NCBI GenBank assembly: GCA_004764695.1
Contig: SMSO01000025.1
Location: 2,108,001 to 2,172,000, forward strand
Direction: 5' to 3'
From: Schizochytrium sp. TIO01
Lineage: Eukaryota > Protista > Bigyra: Labyrinthulomycetes
Length of the DNA: 64,000 bases
Shown here: positions 21,707 to 33,256 of the stretch, one piece after another
Layout: every line of letters starts with the position of its first letter
How positions within the stretch are numbered: position 1 is the stretch's first letter
Position numbers and translations under genes: made by a program
Notes under the pieces: generated by a model
The model's database searches: none
Told to the model about the DNA's origin: nothing
Seen by the model: the letters and a program-made list of their open reading frames with translations, nothing else

Positions 21707-24082
21707 CTACAGCCCTCTCAACACAGCGCGCACGTTTACGAAATCAATCTCTCCTGAACTTGTACGATAAAAATGCTCTATGGGTATAGCAAGATCTCGT
21801 TCTGATCCTAATGTTTGTAAGGTAGCATTCACAGCCAAGCCTTCATTGCTAGAGACAGAAACGTTAAAGTCTACAGGAAATGACGCAAGTGGATCACAAT
21901 GCTCATTCACACACAGCAATGATGAGCTGTGTATGGTCATAAAATTGGCAGGAGCATGCGAAATTACGACCTCCAGCTCAAGCTGATCGGGCTGGACCTC
22001 ATATAGTTCCATATGAGCAACTGTCGTAGAAGCATTGACAACAAGAGGTTCACTTATTGAGTTTTCCCATATCTGACCATCTGCAGTAAGCAACGCAACG
22101 AAGATTTTGGTTTCCTGACCTATTTGCATTCTCTTTGGATCGGAATATACGCTCTGAACATGGTTGTCGAACAGGAAATAGCATTGTGGCGGAGGATAAG
22201 AGAAGTTGTTGTGTCCATATTGAAGACAGAACTGTGCGCAGGGGTGTTTGGCGCGGAAATCCTCGACAGACACATCGGGAAAAAAGTCTAGACCTATGTC
22301 GAGAAGTAAATCCGGATGGAGAATCGGGTTTTGTATGGTATGCGAATCTGGGAGATTAGCAGGATTTAATGCGAGATTCATTTTTTTCGGGCCGTCGCTC
22401 AAAGATGTTTCTTTCTGGTTCTGTAGTTTAAATGTCCCACCTTGAGCATTTCGAGGACAGTGGGCAGTCTTGGAGTATACATAATCTTCATATGTCGTAG
22501 ATGGATATCCCGGAGATTGACTTTTTGAATATACTAGCCATGGGATAGATTTGTAGGCCACAATGTGATTCTGGACCCATGCTTCCATAACGATATGATC
22601 ATTGGATTGTGCCATCCCGAACGTGTGAATAAAATTGAGTAAGCGCTTCGCTCCTCGCTTCCGAAGCATATATCCGTGAGCTCCAAAACCAAAACTTCTA
22701 GAAGTGGTGGGGAAAGCTTCGACGCCATCCCATACCGGAATTCCTGGAATGAACCTAATATCGTTATAATAGCCAAGCATCATTACATCCCAGCGTGGAT
22801 CAGACATTGACAACGAATGACCAGGCCCTCGCCTCCATAGATCAGCCACGTCTTGTACAAAGTAAAAATCATCCTCCAAAATGATGATGCTATCCAGGTC
22901 ACTCAAGTCAGTTCGTTTTGCCAATTTTGTCCACAGTAGCAAATGTGTTACGGCACACCCGAGTGTCCCCCGACGAAAACCATGATCGCTATAAGGATTT
23001 CTGGGACTAAACTCGTTGACTCGAAAAATATTCCGGAGCTCAAATGTAATAGCAAGTTCTTTACGCCCATTGATCGCACGAAATCGCTCGTGCTTAGGCC
23101 AGAGATCACCAAGACCTGCGGTGCGAAAGTTCTCACAAGCCGCTGGGTAGCGTGCGCTATAGTCGTCTTCCATGTTAGCAACGTAGACGTTGGCGATTTT
23201 CCCAATAGAGTTTTGAGAAGCGTTAATGCTGTCGCTCTCCATAGCCTGAGGTTTCAGAACTGCGACAAAGAAGTTGTCATGCTCGAACACATGGAAACCA
23301 ACAGCCTCAAATATTGATTGAGCTGTGCTGGTGAGTCTTCCGAGTATGACTAACTTGCCCATTGACGAAAGCCCATGAGCAAGCACGCGAATATCCAAAT
23401 CTGCGACTTGACTTTCATCAATCACAATGACTCTCGGTCGACGCTGCCGGAAGATATCTACATTTACGACCGTTTTGCTAGCTGCTAAGCAAAGAGTTCC
23501 AGGAGAATCTAGATGACTTTGTGGTTCGTTATAGTTCACAAAAAGATATTCGAACAAAGTGATGCCAGAATTATTCAGTCTAGCCAACGAGACTTCCCAG
23601 GTGCACCTGTCTCTGATATACATGCAGTCAAGCCATAGAGCTGGCCCAGGGTTCTCCCAAAATTGTTGAACCTCCTCTCTTCGAACGCGCACCATCTTTT
23701 GAGCGTGGATAAGATCCTCTACGAGAGATTCTGGAGACTGAGAGGATACGTTGAGGAGGTTATTGGTCACAAAGTTGGTCATGAACGATCTGTCTAAAGA
23801 GAGAAATGCTGTGAAGTGCAGCTGTGCAACGCTGGTTACTCCCGCAACAACTTTCGCTGGAATGTTAAGACAAGACTGTCTCTCCAGTACGCTCTTGAAC
23901 GGCATCCAAGCAGAGTCGTCCACCATGCTGCTGTTACCAGCAAGTTCTATGTTGCAAGCATGTTCACTATGACTTTGGACGATCGTTGATAGTATCATCA
24001 ATAGTGGTAGCAAAACTACCACGATCGCTGTATCCCGATAGCTCCATCGCACCAATCTCCAGCAATCTCTGATTGCCGCCAT
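21707..24082 (-). CDS. GT25-family glycosyltransferase, array copy 7 (intact)
   Basis: ATG at 24082 (MAAIRDC..), ORF is open to 24115; motifs RFRAING, GTLGCAVTH, ILEDDF, GAHGYMLRKRGAKRLL. Confidence 0.8.
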   Translation of the reverse strand: MAAIRDCWRLVRWSYRDTAIVVVLLPLLMILSTIVQSHSEHACNIELAGNSSMVDDSAWMPFKSVLERQSCLNIPAKVVAGVTSVAQLHFTAFLSLDRSFMTNFVTNNLLNVSSQSPESLVEDLIHAQKMVRVRREEVQQFWENPGPALWLDCMYIRDRCTWEVSLARLNNSGITLFEYLFVNYNEPQSHLDSPGTLCLAASKTVVNVDIFRQRRPRVIVIDESQVADLDIRVLAHGLSSMGKLVILGRLTSTAQSIFEAVGFHVFEHDNFFVAVLKPQAMESDSINASQNSIGKIANVYVANMEDDYSARYPAACENFRTAGLGDLWPKHERFRAINGRKELAITFELRNIFRVNEFSPRNPYSDHGFRRGTLGCAVTHLLLWTKLAKRTDLSDLDSIIILEDDFYFVQDVADLWRRGPGHSLSMSDPRWDVMMLGYYNDIRFIPGIPVWDGVEAFPTTSRSFGFGAHGYMLRKRGAKRLLNFIHTFGMAQSNDHIVMEAWVQNHIVAYKSIPWLVYSKSQSPGYPSTTYEDYVYSKTAHCPRNAQGGTFKLQNQKETSLSDGPKKMNLALNPANLPDSHTIQNPILHPDLLLDIGLDFFPDVSVEDFRAKHPCAQFCLQYGHNNFSYPPPQCYFLFDNHVQSVYSDPKRMQIGQETKIFVALLTADGQIWENSISEPLVVNASTTVAHMELYEVQPDQLELEVVISHAPANFMTIHSSSLLCVNEHCDPLASFPVDFNVSVSSNEGLAVNATLQTLGSERDLAIPIEHFYRTSSGEIDFVNVRAVLRGL

Positions 24083-25635
24083 GGGCTTTGCAGACTCGTA
24101 AATGCACAGAGACAACTGGTTGATTGTGATCTAAGTTTGGTTTGCCACGCCATTGACCTCAATTAGGATAAAGTGTGTTGTGATGTAATCTAAATTATAG
24201 AATAATTTTTTTTTAAATAAGTTGTTGCTGTGCTGTTTATTGGTGCTTGTTTCCTGTATCATGTTTTATTTATATGTTGGTGGCTGTTGGTTGGCTGTCT
24301 TTTGCTTAGCTCGGGTTGGTTACTGTCAAGAAGTTTTTTTTTTTTTTTTTTAATTTCTTTTATAAATATATTCAGGTATTTGTTCCTCATTTTAAATATA
24401 GATATGATTGAAGATAAATCTTTTTAATTTTAGCATTTTTTGTATTCCAAGAAAAAAACGTTCTGTTTTCAATTTTTTTTTTTTTTTACATTAAAAGATA
24501 CTATAAAAGGATCATGACTAAGATTATTCCATTTGGTACAACACCTCAAATGGCAGATTGCGCTGAAAAGAATCCTGCTTGAACTGGGAGTCCCCACTCC
24601 CACTCTTGGCAATTTCCAGGCTTTAAAAAAAAAAAGACTATGCTGAAAAATCAATGTAGCTTAGTAGATAGTAACTAAAGCATAGATGTAGTTCAGTTTG
24701 CTCTTGATTCCATGCGCAGTTTCCTTATTCAGAGTATAAGCATATTCATAACCGTCGATTCAATTTAAATGGTCTTTCTCGATGAAGTTGATAATGCTCA
24801 TATGTGGGTAAAACCTTCTGTTCTACCAAATAAACGTTTTTTTTTTTAAAAGTTGAAAGGAAAATAAAAGAAAAGACAAATGTGTAAGCTTTACTTCGAG
24901 ATCTTTTCTTTTTCTTTTCCTTGCACTGCATTACCAAATTTGAGTATTGATAATACCTTAAAGTAATTTAAATATGTATAGACTTATATAATGTACATAT
25001 GGTTATATATTTGAAAAGGCCTATGCAAAATCTTGCTTTCATGATACAACCCGTATGTCGTTCATCATCTTGTTTATCAGACGTTGCGACCGCAGATCCT
25101 CTCCAAAGCTTATACTCTCCAGGTGCTTAAAATAAGTGACGAAGCTCAATAAAATTCTGTCAATCCAATGTCCTCAGCATTTGCCTTTCATACTCTCAGT
25201 TGACCTTTACTGTGATAATATAATTCAAGCTTCACTTTAGTTGATCTTGCTCAGGGTATTTCTTCAAAATTAAATTCTACAGGAAGAAAACAGAGGGTAC
25301 TTTCAAAGCCGACCAAACTGCCAGTCCTTTTAATATTTAAATGTCTTTCAGTATAACTTGATATTGGCTATAATCTGCTTAGCTAGAACCGTTAGCAAAC
25401 TTGCTTTTCACTGCTCAGGCTCTATGGTGCCAACTCGCAAACAACAATCCTGATTTTGCCGCTTCCACTCTTGTAAGGAAAGTCTTTACATAACACCTTT
25501 TATCTTCGGTCGAAATCGAACCAAAGCAATCAACCATTATGACGTTGTTCTTCTCAATAGATAGTAAACATTAACATAAGTAGAATAGGAAAATCTTTTC
25601 ATACTTTACCGTATTATCTATTTTCCATCTCCACG

Positions 25636-28011
25636 CTACAGCCCTCTCAACACAGCGCGCACGTTTACGAAATCAATCTCTCCTGAACTTGTACGATAAA
25701 AATGCTCTATGGGTATAGCAAGATCTCGTTCTGATCCTAATGTTTGTAAGGTAGCATTCACAGCCAAGCCTTCATTGCTAGAGACAGAAACGTTAAAGTC
25801 TACAGGAAATGACGCAAGTGGATCACAATGCTCATTCACACACAGCAATGATGAGCTGTGTATGGTCATAAAATTGGCAGGAGCATGCGAAATTACGACC
25901 TCCAGCTCAAGCTGATCGGGCTGGACCTCATATAGTTCCATATGAGCAACTGTCGTAGAAGCATTGACAACAAGAGGTTCACTTATTGAGTTTTCCCATA
26001 TCTGACCATCTGCAGTAAGCAACGCAACGAAGATTTTGGTTTCCTGACCTATTTGCATTCTCTTTGGATCGGAATATACGCTCTGAACATGGTTGTCGAA
26101 CAGGAAATAGCATTGTGGCGGAGGATAAGAGAAGTTGTTGTGTCCATATTGAAGACAGAACTGTGCGCAGGGGTGTTTGGCGCGGAAATCCTCGACAGAC
26201 ACATCGGGAAAAAAGTCTAGACCTATGTCGAGAAGTAAATCCGGATGGAGAATCGGGTTTTGTATGGTATGCGAAACTGGGAGATTAGCAGGATCTAACG
26301 TGAGATTCATTTTTTTCGGGCCGTCGCTCAAAGATGTTTCTTTCTGGTTCTGTAGTTTAAATGTTCCACCTTGAGCATTTCGAGGACATTGGGCAGTCTT
26401 GGAGTATACATAATCTTCTTCAGTCCTTGATCCATAGCCAGGATTTTTACTCTTCGCATATACTAGCCATGGGATAGATTTGTAGGCCACAATGTGATTC
26501 TGGACCCATGCTTCCATAAGGATATGATCATTGGCTTGTGCCATCCCGAACGTGTGAATAAAATTGAGTAAGCGCTTCGCTCCTCGCTTCCGAAGCATAT
26601 ATCCGTGAGCTCCAAAACCAAAACTTCTAGAAGTGGTGGGGAAAGCTTCGACGCCATCCCATACCGGAATTCCTGGAATGAACCTAATATCGTTATAATA
26701 GCCAAGCATCATTACATCCCAGCGTGGATCAGACATTGACAACGAATGACCAGGCCCTCGCCTCCATAGATCAGCCACGTCTTGTACAAAGTAAAAATCA
26801 TCCTCCAAAATGATGATGCTATCCAGGTCACTCAAGTCAGTTCGTTTTGCCAATTTTGTCCACAGTAGCAAATGTGTTACGGCACACCCGAGTGTCCCCC
26901 GACGAAAACCATGATCGCTATAAGGATTTCTGGGACTAAACTCGTTGACTCGAAAAATATTCCGGAGCTCAAATGTAATAGCAAGTTCTTTACGCCCATT
27001 GATCGCACGAAATCGCTCGTGCTTAGGCCAGAGATCACCAAGACCTGCGGTGCGAAAGTTCTCACAAGCCGCTGGGTAGCGTGCGCTATAGTCGTCTTCC
27101 ATGTTAGCAACGTAGACGTTGGCGATTTTCCCAATAGAGTTTTGAGAAGCGTTAATGCTGTCGCTCTCCATAGCCTGAGGTTTCAGAACTGCGACAAAGA
27201 AGTTGTCATGCTCGAACACATGGAAACCAACAGCCTCAAATATTGATTGAGCTGTGCTGGTGAGTCTTCCGAGTATGACTAACTTGCCCATTGACGAAAG
27301 CCCATGAGCAAGCACGCGAATATCCAAATCTGCGACTTGACTTTCATCAATCACAATGACTCTCGGTCGACGCTGCCGGAAGATATCTACATTTACGACC
27401 GTTTTGCTAGCTGCTAAGCAAAGAGTTCCAGGAGAATCTAGATGACTTTGTGGTTCGTTATAGTTCACAAAAAGATATTCGAACAAAGTGATGCCAGAAT
27501 TATTCAGTCTAGCCAACGAGACTTCCCAGGTGCACCTGTCTCTGATATACATGCAGTCAAGCCATAGAGCTGGCCCAGGGTTCTCCCAAAATTGTTGAAC
27601 CTCCTCTCTTCGAACGCGCACCATCTTTTGAGCGTGGATAAGATCCTCTACGAGAGATTCTGGAGACTGAGAGGATACGTTGAGGAGGTTATTGGTCACA
27701 AAGTTGGTCATGAACGATCTGTCTAAAGAGAGAAATGCTGTGAAGTGCAGCTGTGCAACGCTGGTTACTCCCGCAACAACTTTCGCTGGAATGTTAAGAC
27801 AAGACTGTCTCTCCAGTACGCTCTTGAACGGCATCCAAGCAGAGTCGTCCACCATGCTGCTGTTACCAGCAAGTTCTATGTTGCAAGCATGTTCACTATG
27901 ACTTTGAACGATCCTTGATAGTAATATCAATAATGGTAGCAAAACTACCACGATCGCTGTATCCCGATAGCTCCATCGAACCAATCTCCAGCAGTCTCTG
28001 ATTGCCGCCAT
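25636..28011 (-). CDS. GT25-family glycosyltransferase, array copy 8 (intact)
   Basis: Near-identical to copy 7 (offset 3929 bp) except for clustered differences; ATG at 28011. Confidence 0.8.
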   Translation of the reverse strand: MAAIRDCWRLVRWSYRDTAIVVVLLPLLILLSRIVQSHSEHACNIELAGNSSMVDDSAWMPFKSVLERQSCLNIPAKVVAGVTSVAQLHFTAFLSLDRSFMTNFVTNNLLNVSSQSPESLVEDLIHAQKMVRVRREEVQQFWENPGPALWLDCMYIRDRCTWEVSLARLNNSGITLFEYLFVNYNEPQSHLDSPGTLCLAASKTVVNVDIFRQRRPRVIVIDESQVADLDIRVLAHGLSSMGKLVILGRLTSTAQSIFEAVGFHVFEHDNFFVAVLKPQAMESDSINASQNSIGKIANVYVANMEDDYSARYPAACENFRTAGLGDLWPKHERFRAINGRKELAITFELRNIFRVNEFSPRNPYSDHGFRRGTLGCAVTHLLLWTKLAKRTDLSDLDSIIILEDDFYFVQDVADLWRRGPGHSLSMSDPRWDVMMLGYYNDIRFIPGIPVWDGVEAFPTTSRSFGFGAHGYMLRKRGAKRLLNFIHTFGMAQANDHILMEAWVQNHIVAYKSIPWLVYAKSKNPGYGSRTEEDYVYSKTAQCPRNAQGGTFKLQNQKETSLSDGPKKMNLTLDPANLPVSHTIQNPILHPDLLLDIGLDFFPDVSVEDFRAKHPCAQFCLQYGHNNFSYPPPQCYFLFDNHVQSVYSDPKRMQIGQETKIFVALLTADGQIWENSISEPLVVNASTTVAHMELYEVQPDQLELEVVISHAPANFMTIHSSSLLCVNEHCDPLASFPVDFNVSVSSNEGLAVNATLQTLGSERDLAIPIEHFYRTSSGEIDFVNVRAVLRGL

Positions 28012-30493
28012 GGGCTTTGCAGAGTCGTAAATGCACAGAGACAACTGGTTGATTGTGATCTAGGTTTGCCTTCGATCCCAGAAAAACTAGGTAGTGAAAA
28101 TTTATAATGAAAAAAGTCTAAATTTAAAATTTTAATTTGGAAAAAAAGAGGAAAAAAAACTTTGCAAGAGTGAGAGTGATAGCGGCAAATTTTATCTTGC
28201 CATACACTCGATATTCGCTTTTTAAGCTATATTTCATTAGTCATAGGTTTCATCTATCAGTCTACTCATTTTACGCTGAGTTAGAAGTCAAGCGAATTGA
28301 CAGCACTGATTGGCGTTGCCGTTTCGTATCTTCTTACAGAGAACACCCTATAATAGATGTTAGCGATCAGTAGCTACAGACAAAAGAAGCCCATTCACCA
28401 TTTCTGGTAGTTATTTCTCACCTTTTAAACTTTGACTTGCCAAGCCATTACCACGAGGCACTATGTAGTATTAGTAGCATTTGACTGGTGGTGAGCGTGA
28501 CTGAGAGTGAGGGAGTGTGAGACTGCAAGCCAGAGTTATTATTATTATTATTATTACAGGATAGTAAAAGATAGTTTAATTTATTTTATTTAAAATAAAT
28601 TAAGAAAATATATACAAAAGTGAATAGATAGAGTAGAATCAACAAATCAGACAGGACTGGAAATAGCGCGGTGGTTACCTACTTTGTATGCCCACCTAAC
28701 TGTCACCGCGACTACCTAAGTAACAGGCTAGAGGCTCGTATATAACTTTGTATACGTGTAGAACAGCCCTAATATGCATGTTATTTTTTAAATAAAGAGC
28801 TGTCTGTGGAGAATGTTGTTTAATCTCTGAATTTGCAGAAGTTTGTTTTGTTTTAATTTAAAACAAATTAAAAATGTATTTTAGATGAGAAGTTCGAACA
28901 AGCCTTTCTCTTCTCCTCCTCAGTCTAAATCGGCAATCTAATAATATTAATAACTGATAATAATAACTGGTAAATATCCAGCACGTTTTTCTTTGTTTTG
29001 TTTTTGTTAGAATTTCTGGAATTTTCTTTCCTAATACCAATACATAATTTATTATATTTTATTTTTTACTTTATTTTTACTTTATTTTGGAAATTGAAAT
29101 CACTTCACTTGATGCATTTTTCGTTTTCAGTTTTTTTGGTTGTATTTTTTAATGATACATCGAAGTAAGTAGAACTAGCTAAGAAATTTGGGATGGCAGT
29201 AAGAAAGAATTGCAAAATCGTACTTTTAATTAAATGAAAGCAAAGCAAGTAAAACGTCGCGAATCGAAGTAAATGGGATCGCGGGAGTAAGAAGATCGGT
29301 CATTCTTGGCATGAACAAATTAGTTGACAAGCCAACGATGCATCTTTTTGCAATTTTATAGGACCCGAACTGCACTGCATTTGTAGAAGTAAGACCCACT
29401 AAAATATTTGAAGACATTTTATTATCCCTGACTTTAGTAATGAGTAAGACAAAATCAACGATGATTATTAAAAATACTCTGTCTGATGATGCATACTTAT
29501 AATTTTTTCATTACACGAAATAATATTTGAAGTGTATCTTTATATGGAACCAGGACCTTTCAAATAGACCTTTCATTAGAGAAACCGAGAGCAAGCAGGC
29601 AGAACCGTGTTCAACAACAACGATGCTCCTTCGATACTATGTATTATTTGTTGACTCCACGCACAATTTCTTGTCTTAAACTTATATTGAAGAATTTGGA
29701 TAAATCCTTGATCAAGCGAGAATCAGACTACAACTCTTCACGAATGCGCGGACCAACCACCAACTAGCTGTCTGCGATTGTTATCTTGCTGTTCCCCTAA
29801 CTTACTAATATTTTTTAATTCACAGATTATCACTTTCAAAAGGATACCATTTACAGTGCAAGACACCACTGGGAGATCACGAGAAATATAAAGAACTGAT
29901 GAATACTCGGTAAACTTTGGCTGTTAAAGATAGCAAACTGCTATCACTAAAATTCAACCAATTCACGTATTATACAGAGACTAAGGCAGAGTTAGACACA
30001 ATTGTAGAGGCTACTTGATATCAACCTATTGAATTGAACATGAATGTGCACGTTCGATCCTTGGAAACCTTCGCTTTACAACCAGGCATCTACTTGACCA
30101 GCTCAAGCTTACGCAAAACCAACTTGTTTTGGGACCTATATGACGCCGTGATCTAGCAACACCTTATCCATACGTAAGCCTGATTGGATATGTCATCAAG
30201 CACATATTTGCTTCTCAGAATTATCAAGCAGACAGAACAATGGATTCAGGAAACTACCAAAAGGACTTTTTAATGCCACTGTATTCAAGTATTAACAAGA
30301 AAGTAAAGATTTGCTTTCTGTACTCGGTTAATTTATGAATACTGTAGATCGAGAGACTGATTATTACTTCCTATTAATTGGACTGTAGCCCAAACTTCTA
30401 TGTTGGATCTCCTGAAAGCTGTGCTAAGAATGAGATGGAAAATATGGATACGAAAATACTTCGATGAACCATAAGAGTATTCATACCTAGTCT

Positions 30494-31057
30494 TTATAAT
30501 TTGTTGTCTTGCTTGGCATCGTTAAATCGTTGTTGGGAACCATTAAGTTTGTTTTGTTTTGTTTTTTCAAAATTTGAGAGCAAATCTAAATGAATGATTT
30601 GCATTTTCATACAATGTAAAGGAAACGGCTTCAAAACATTCTTCTTGAATTCATGTTCTTTGACTGCGAATTGAACAACCTGAGCTACCCCGTAGCCAGC
30701 AGCCCCGGCTAAAACAAAGCCGCTCACAACAGCAAAGGCCCCCATACCGGCTGTCAGTACTCCTGTGGCTCCTACAGACTGAAGCGTCGCAAAAGTACTC
30801 CCTGCCACTGTAAACGGCGTCTGCACGCTCGCAGCAAAACTTCCGGCTGCGACACCAGCCTGCGTAAAGCCCATTGCCTGGACGGTGCCCATAGCGGCGG
30901 CTGGAGCAGCAGAGCTCCCAATTACACCTGCGGCTACAGTTGCTCCGCCGTTCACAAGCTGTTTCTCGCTTCGGTTGAGCCCGCCGCCAGACTTGAGATA
31001 GCTTTTGACTGAGCCAATATAGACTTCTACAATTTTCGAATGCATGTCTGCATTCAT
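30494..31057 (-). CDS. IFI27/ISG12-like protein (Ifi-6-16 family)
   Basis: Hallmark Gly/Ala-rich ISG12 motif AMGFTQAGVAAGSFAASVQ...AGSTFATLQSVGATG flanked by hydrophobic segments. Confidence 0.75.
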   Translation of the reverse strand: MNADMHSKIVEVYIGSVKSYLKSGGGLNRSEKQLVNGGATVAAGVIGSSAAPAAAMGTVQAMGFTQAGVAAGSFAASVQTPFTVAGSTFATLQSVGATGVLTAGMGAFAVVSGFVLAGAAGYGVAQVVQFAVKEHEFKKNVLKPFPLHCMKMQIIHLDLLSNFEKTKQNKLNGSQQRFNDAKQDNKL

Positions 31058-31789
31058 AATTGGTTTTTAGTACAATCCTCGTGTGCAGTGCAAGCTCTGG
31101 TCCTCGCCCAAGCTAGCTCGCAGTTCAGTCTATGACCTCGATTGGCAAAGCGTCGATAAGCTGATAAACCAAAGACGATTTGGGTTTGCAGCAACGCTTG
31201 AATTACAATGACCATGATTGAGACATAAATCAATCGGTTTGTCCCTGGGCAAAACGACTGAAGAAGCACTTGGATATCTTCCCTATTCATCGAAATGTAT
31301 GGTCGCTGGCCTACCGCATTTATTCATCGATCCTATTAGCCAACTCTGGTGCAGGATCCCAGCACGCGCCCCGTGATTGTAGTAGTGCCTTGTAGGTAAG
31401 ATAAAGCACAGATCGAAACAGTGTGTCCCAGGTATGTACTACTCAGTGTGTAGATACTCGACGTATTTCTGAATATCCGAAATAAGCGCCCAGGATTACG
31501 GAAGAGGTAGCGGAGAAGTAAATGCTCCCACTGTTGAAACCGCGAAGAAAATATCTTTTAAAGCCGGGAGCACACTTGTAGTAGACTTACTTAGGTAAGT
31601 CACTAGTAGTTACCTACTCAAAAGAATTGAGGGTTTCTTCAAGTCGTACCGTATACATTGGCCGGCCCAGCCTTCCAACTTGAAGAAGAAAATGTTTCCT
31701 TCGCATGGACACAAGTCAACTGTATATTGGTGTCGTCAATCAAATGACTGGCTGTGAAGACTCTGCCATCAAGGCCTAAGAAGAATAAA

Positions 31790-32211
31790 GATGAAGCAAA
31801 CACAAGCTTCCCGCCTTACGAGGCTCCAAGAAGGGTTTCATTGAGAATGCCATGTGGAAGCTCTTGGCATACTATGAAAGTCCCTCCTCAATGGCTAAAT
31901 GCGGCTTTTAAGTCAATCAAACATCAGGCAAGGCACTTGATTGCCAGAGCAAAATTATCATTGTTGGACACCTACTAAGAGGCAAATCTGGAAATAAAAT
32001 GGGTAAAAGTGTTGCAGTGTATGGTTCAGACCTCAACTTTGGGTCTTTGAGAGTTGCTCGTTGCGCTGCATCGTGTAGCTCTGGTACGAAAGCTGAAGGG
32101 CAAATACGTAAAAGCGTCAGCATCTTGGTACTGGATACGGCTGTGCATTCTGGAGCACGCACAGCACAAGCGTTCCCTAAGACGGTGAGAAAAGAGAGAC
32201 TGATGCCATAA
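31790..32211 (+). pseudogene. Probable class-3 lipase relic
   Basis: A single frame reads KKGFIENAMW (HxGF-like, 31828-), then a TAA at 31909, KIIIVGHLLRG (degenerate GHSLGG, 31951-31983) and NFGSLRV (FGSPRV-like, ~32035-32055), in lipase-3 order. Boundaries approximate. Confidence 0.45.
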
Positions 32212-32762
32212 CTCACATTGGAGATGTCTAGCAGAGCAATCACTGGCACAAACGAGTCGATATTAATCCTTAGTACTTTTGCAAACAAGATAAGTATGAG
32301 ATCCAGAAAGTCTGGCCCAGTGGTACTCCAGCCATGCAGGCTGAAGAAAGGTCATTTATCCTAATAACATGAGTAAGAGAAGACGTAAGTATGTAGATCA
32401 ACAAACGTCTAGAAGTGCAGTATAATGGAATTAGCAAGCGCCATTGAAGCTTTGACTCTTTTTTTCAGGATAAAGCTGTATAGTATGCCGAATCATTGTG
32501 CATGACAGTGAACTTAAAAACAGTGGTTTCAGAAATGGCATTGCCTATTAGAACAGATGGTGGGGAATGTGAAGGATCGTATTACTTATTGATCACAAGC
32601 GAAAGAGTTATGGCTATCTCTCTACTCATTACATTCTGCGTATTTATCATTCCTATAGCTATCTCTCGAAAGCAGTTGCTACTTGCCACTTACATACAAT
32701 TGTAGCTTTGAATGGCACCAAAGGTTGTAGTAGATAGAGTGATAGCTACGCTACTGTAGCAG

Positions 32763-32885
32763 TACTACTACTACTACTAGTAGTAGTAGTAGTATTATTA
32801 TGAGTAGTAGTATTAGCAGTATTAGTAGTAATAGTAGAAGTAGTAGTAATAGTAGAAGTAGTGGTAGCATTAAAGTAATAATAAT
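32763..32885. repeat. (TAC)5/(TAG)5 perfect 32-bp palindrome followed by a degenerate (TAG/AGT)n microsatellite
   Basis: tactactactactactagtagtagtagtagta (32763-32794) equals its own reverse complement. Confidence 0.9.
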
Positions 32886-33256
32886 TAGCATAATTGTAAC
32901 AGTAGGCAGTGCTAGGATTAGTGATAGTTTAACTATAATCTATTAAAAAAAACATTAAGACCATGGAAAGGGGTCACAACTGACTTTCTTTTTTATCGTG
33001 CACGATACCTCTGCAACGGTCGTAGACAAGAGAACAAGTCCCACTAAGTTCCTTTTGATACATACCTCGGCAGACATTATATTTGTTCTGTGCGCTTTTC
33101 AAAACCTTCAAGCAATTTTGTGCAAGCAGAGGTACTGTCGCAGTACCCTCTTGCGGGCTGTACTTCAGCCCATAAACAAAAGAACTATTGAATACTGTGC
33201 TTTAGTAGGCGTGCAACAACGCGCATTGCGTAAATTGCACAATAGAAGACAAGGCC

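Noticed and set aside
1030-27901. Many short antisense or alternate-frame ORFs recurring in each array unit, and small spacer ORFs (e.g. 10173-10367, 13379-13573)
   Set aside because: They recur only because the underlying DNA is duplicated; many rely on non-ATG starts and have no motifs.
1019-28062. Diversity-generating retroelement or CRISPR-like mechanism behind the variable blocks
   Set aside because: No reverse transcriptase, template repeat or short spaced repeats. Substitutions are not adenine-specific and include many synonymous changes.
21594-28062. Retroposition as the origin of the copy 7/8 pair
   Set aside because: No poly(A) remnant or target-site duplication at the identity boundary, and weak similarity continues a little beyond it.
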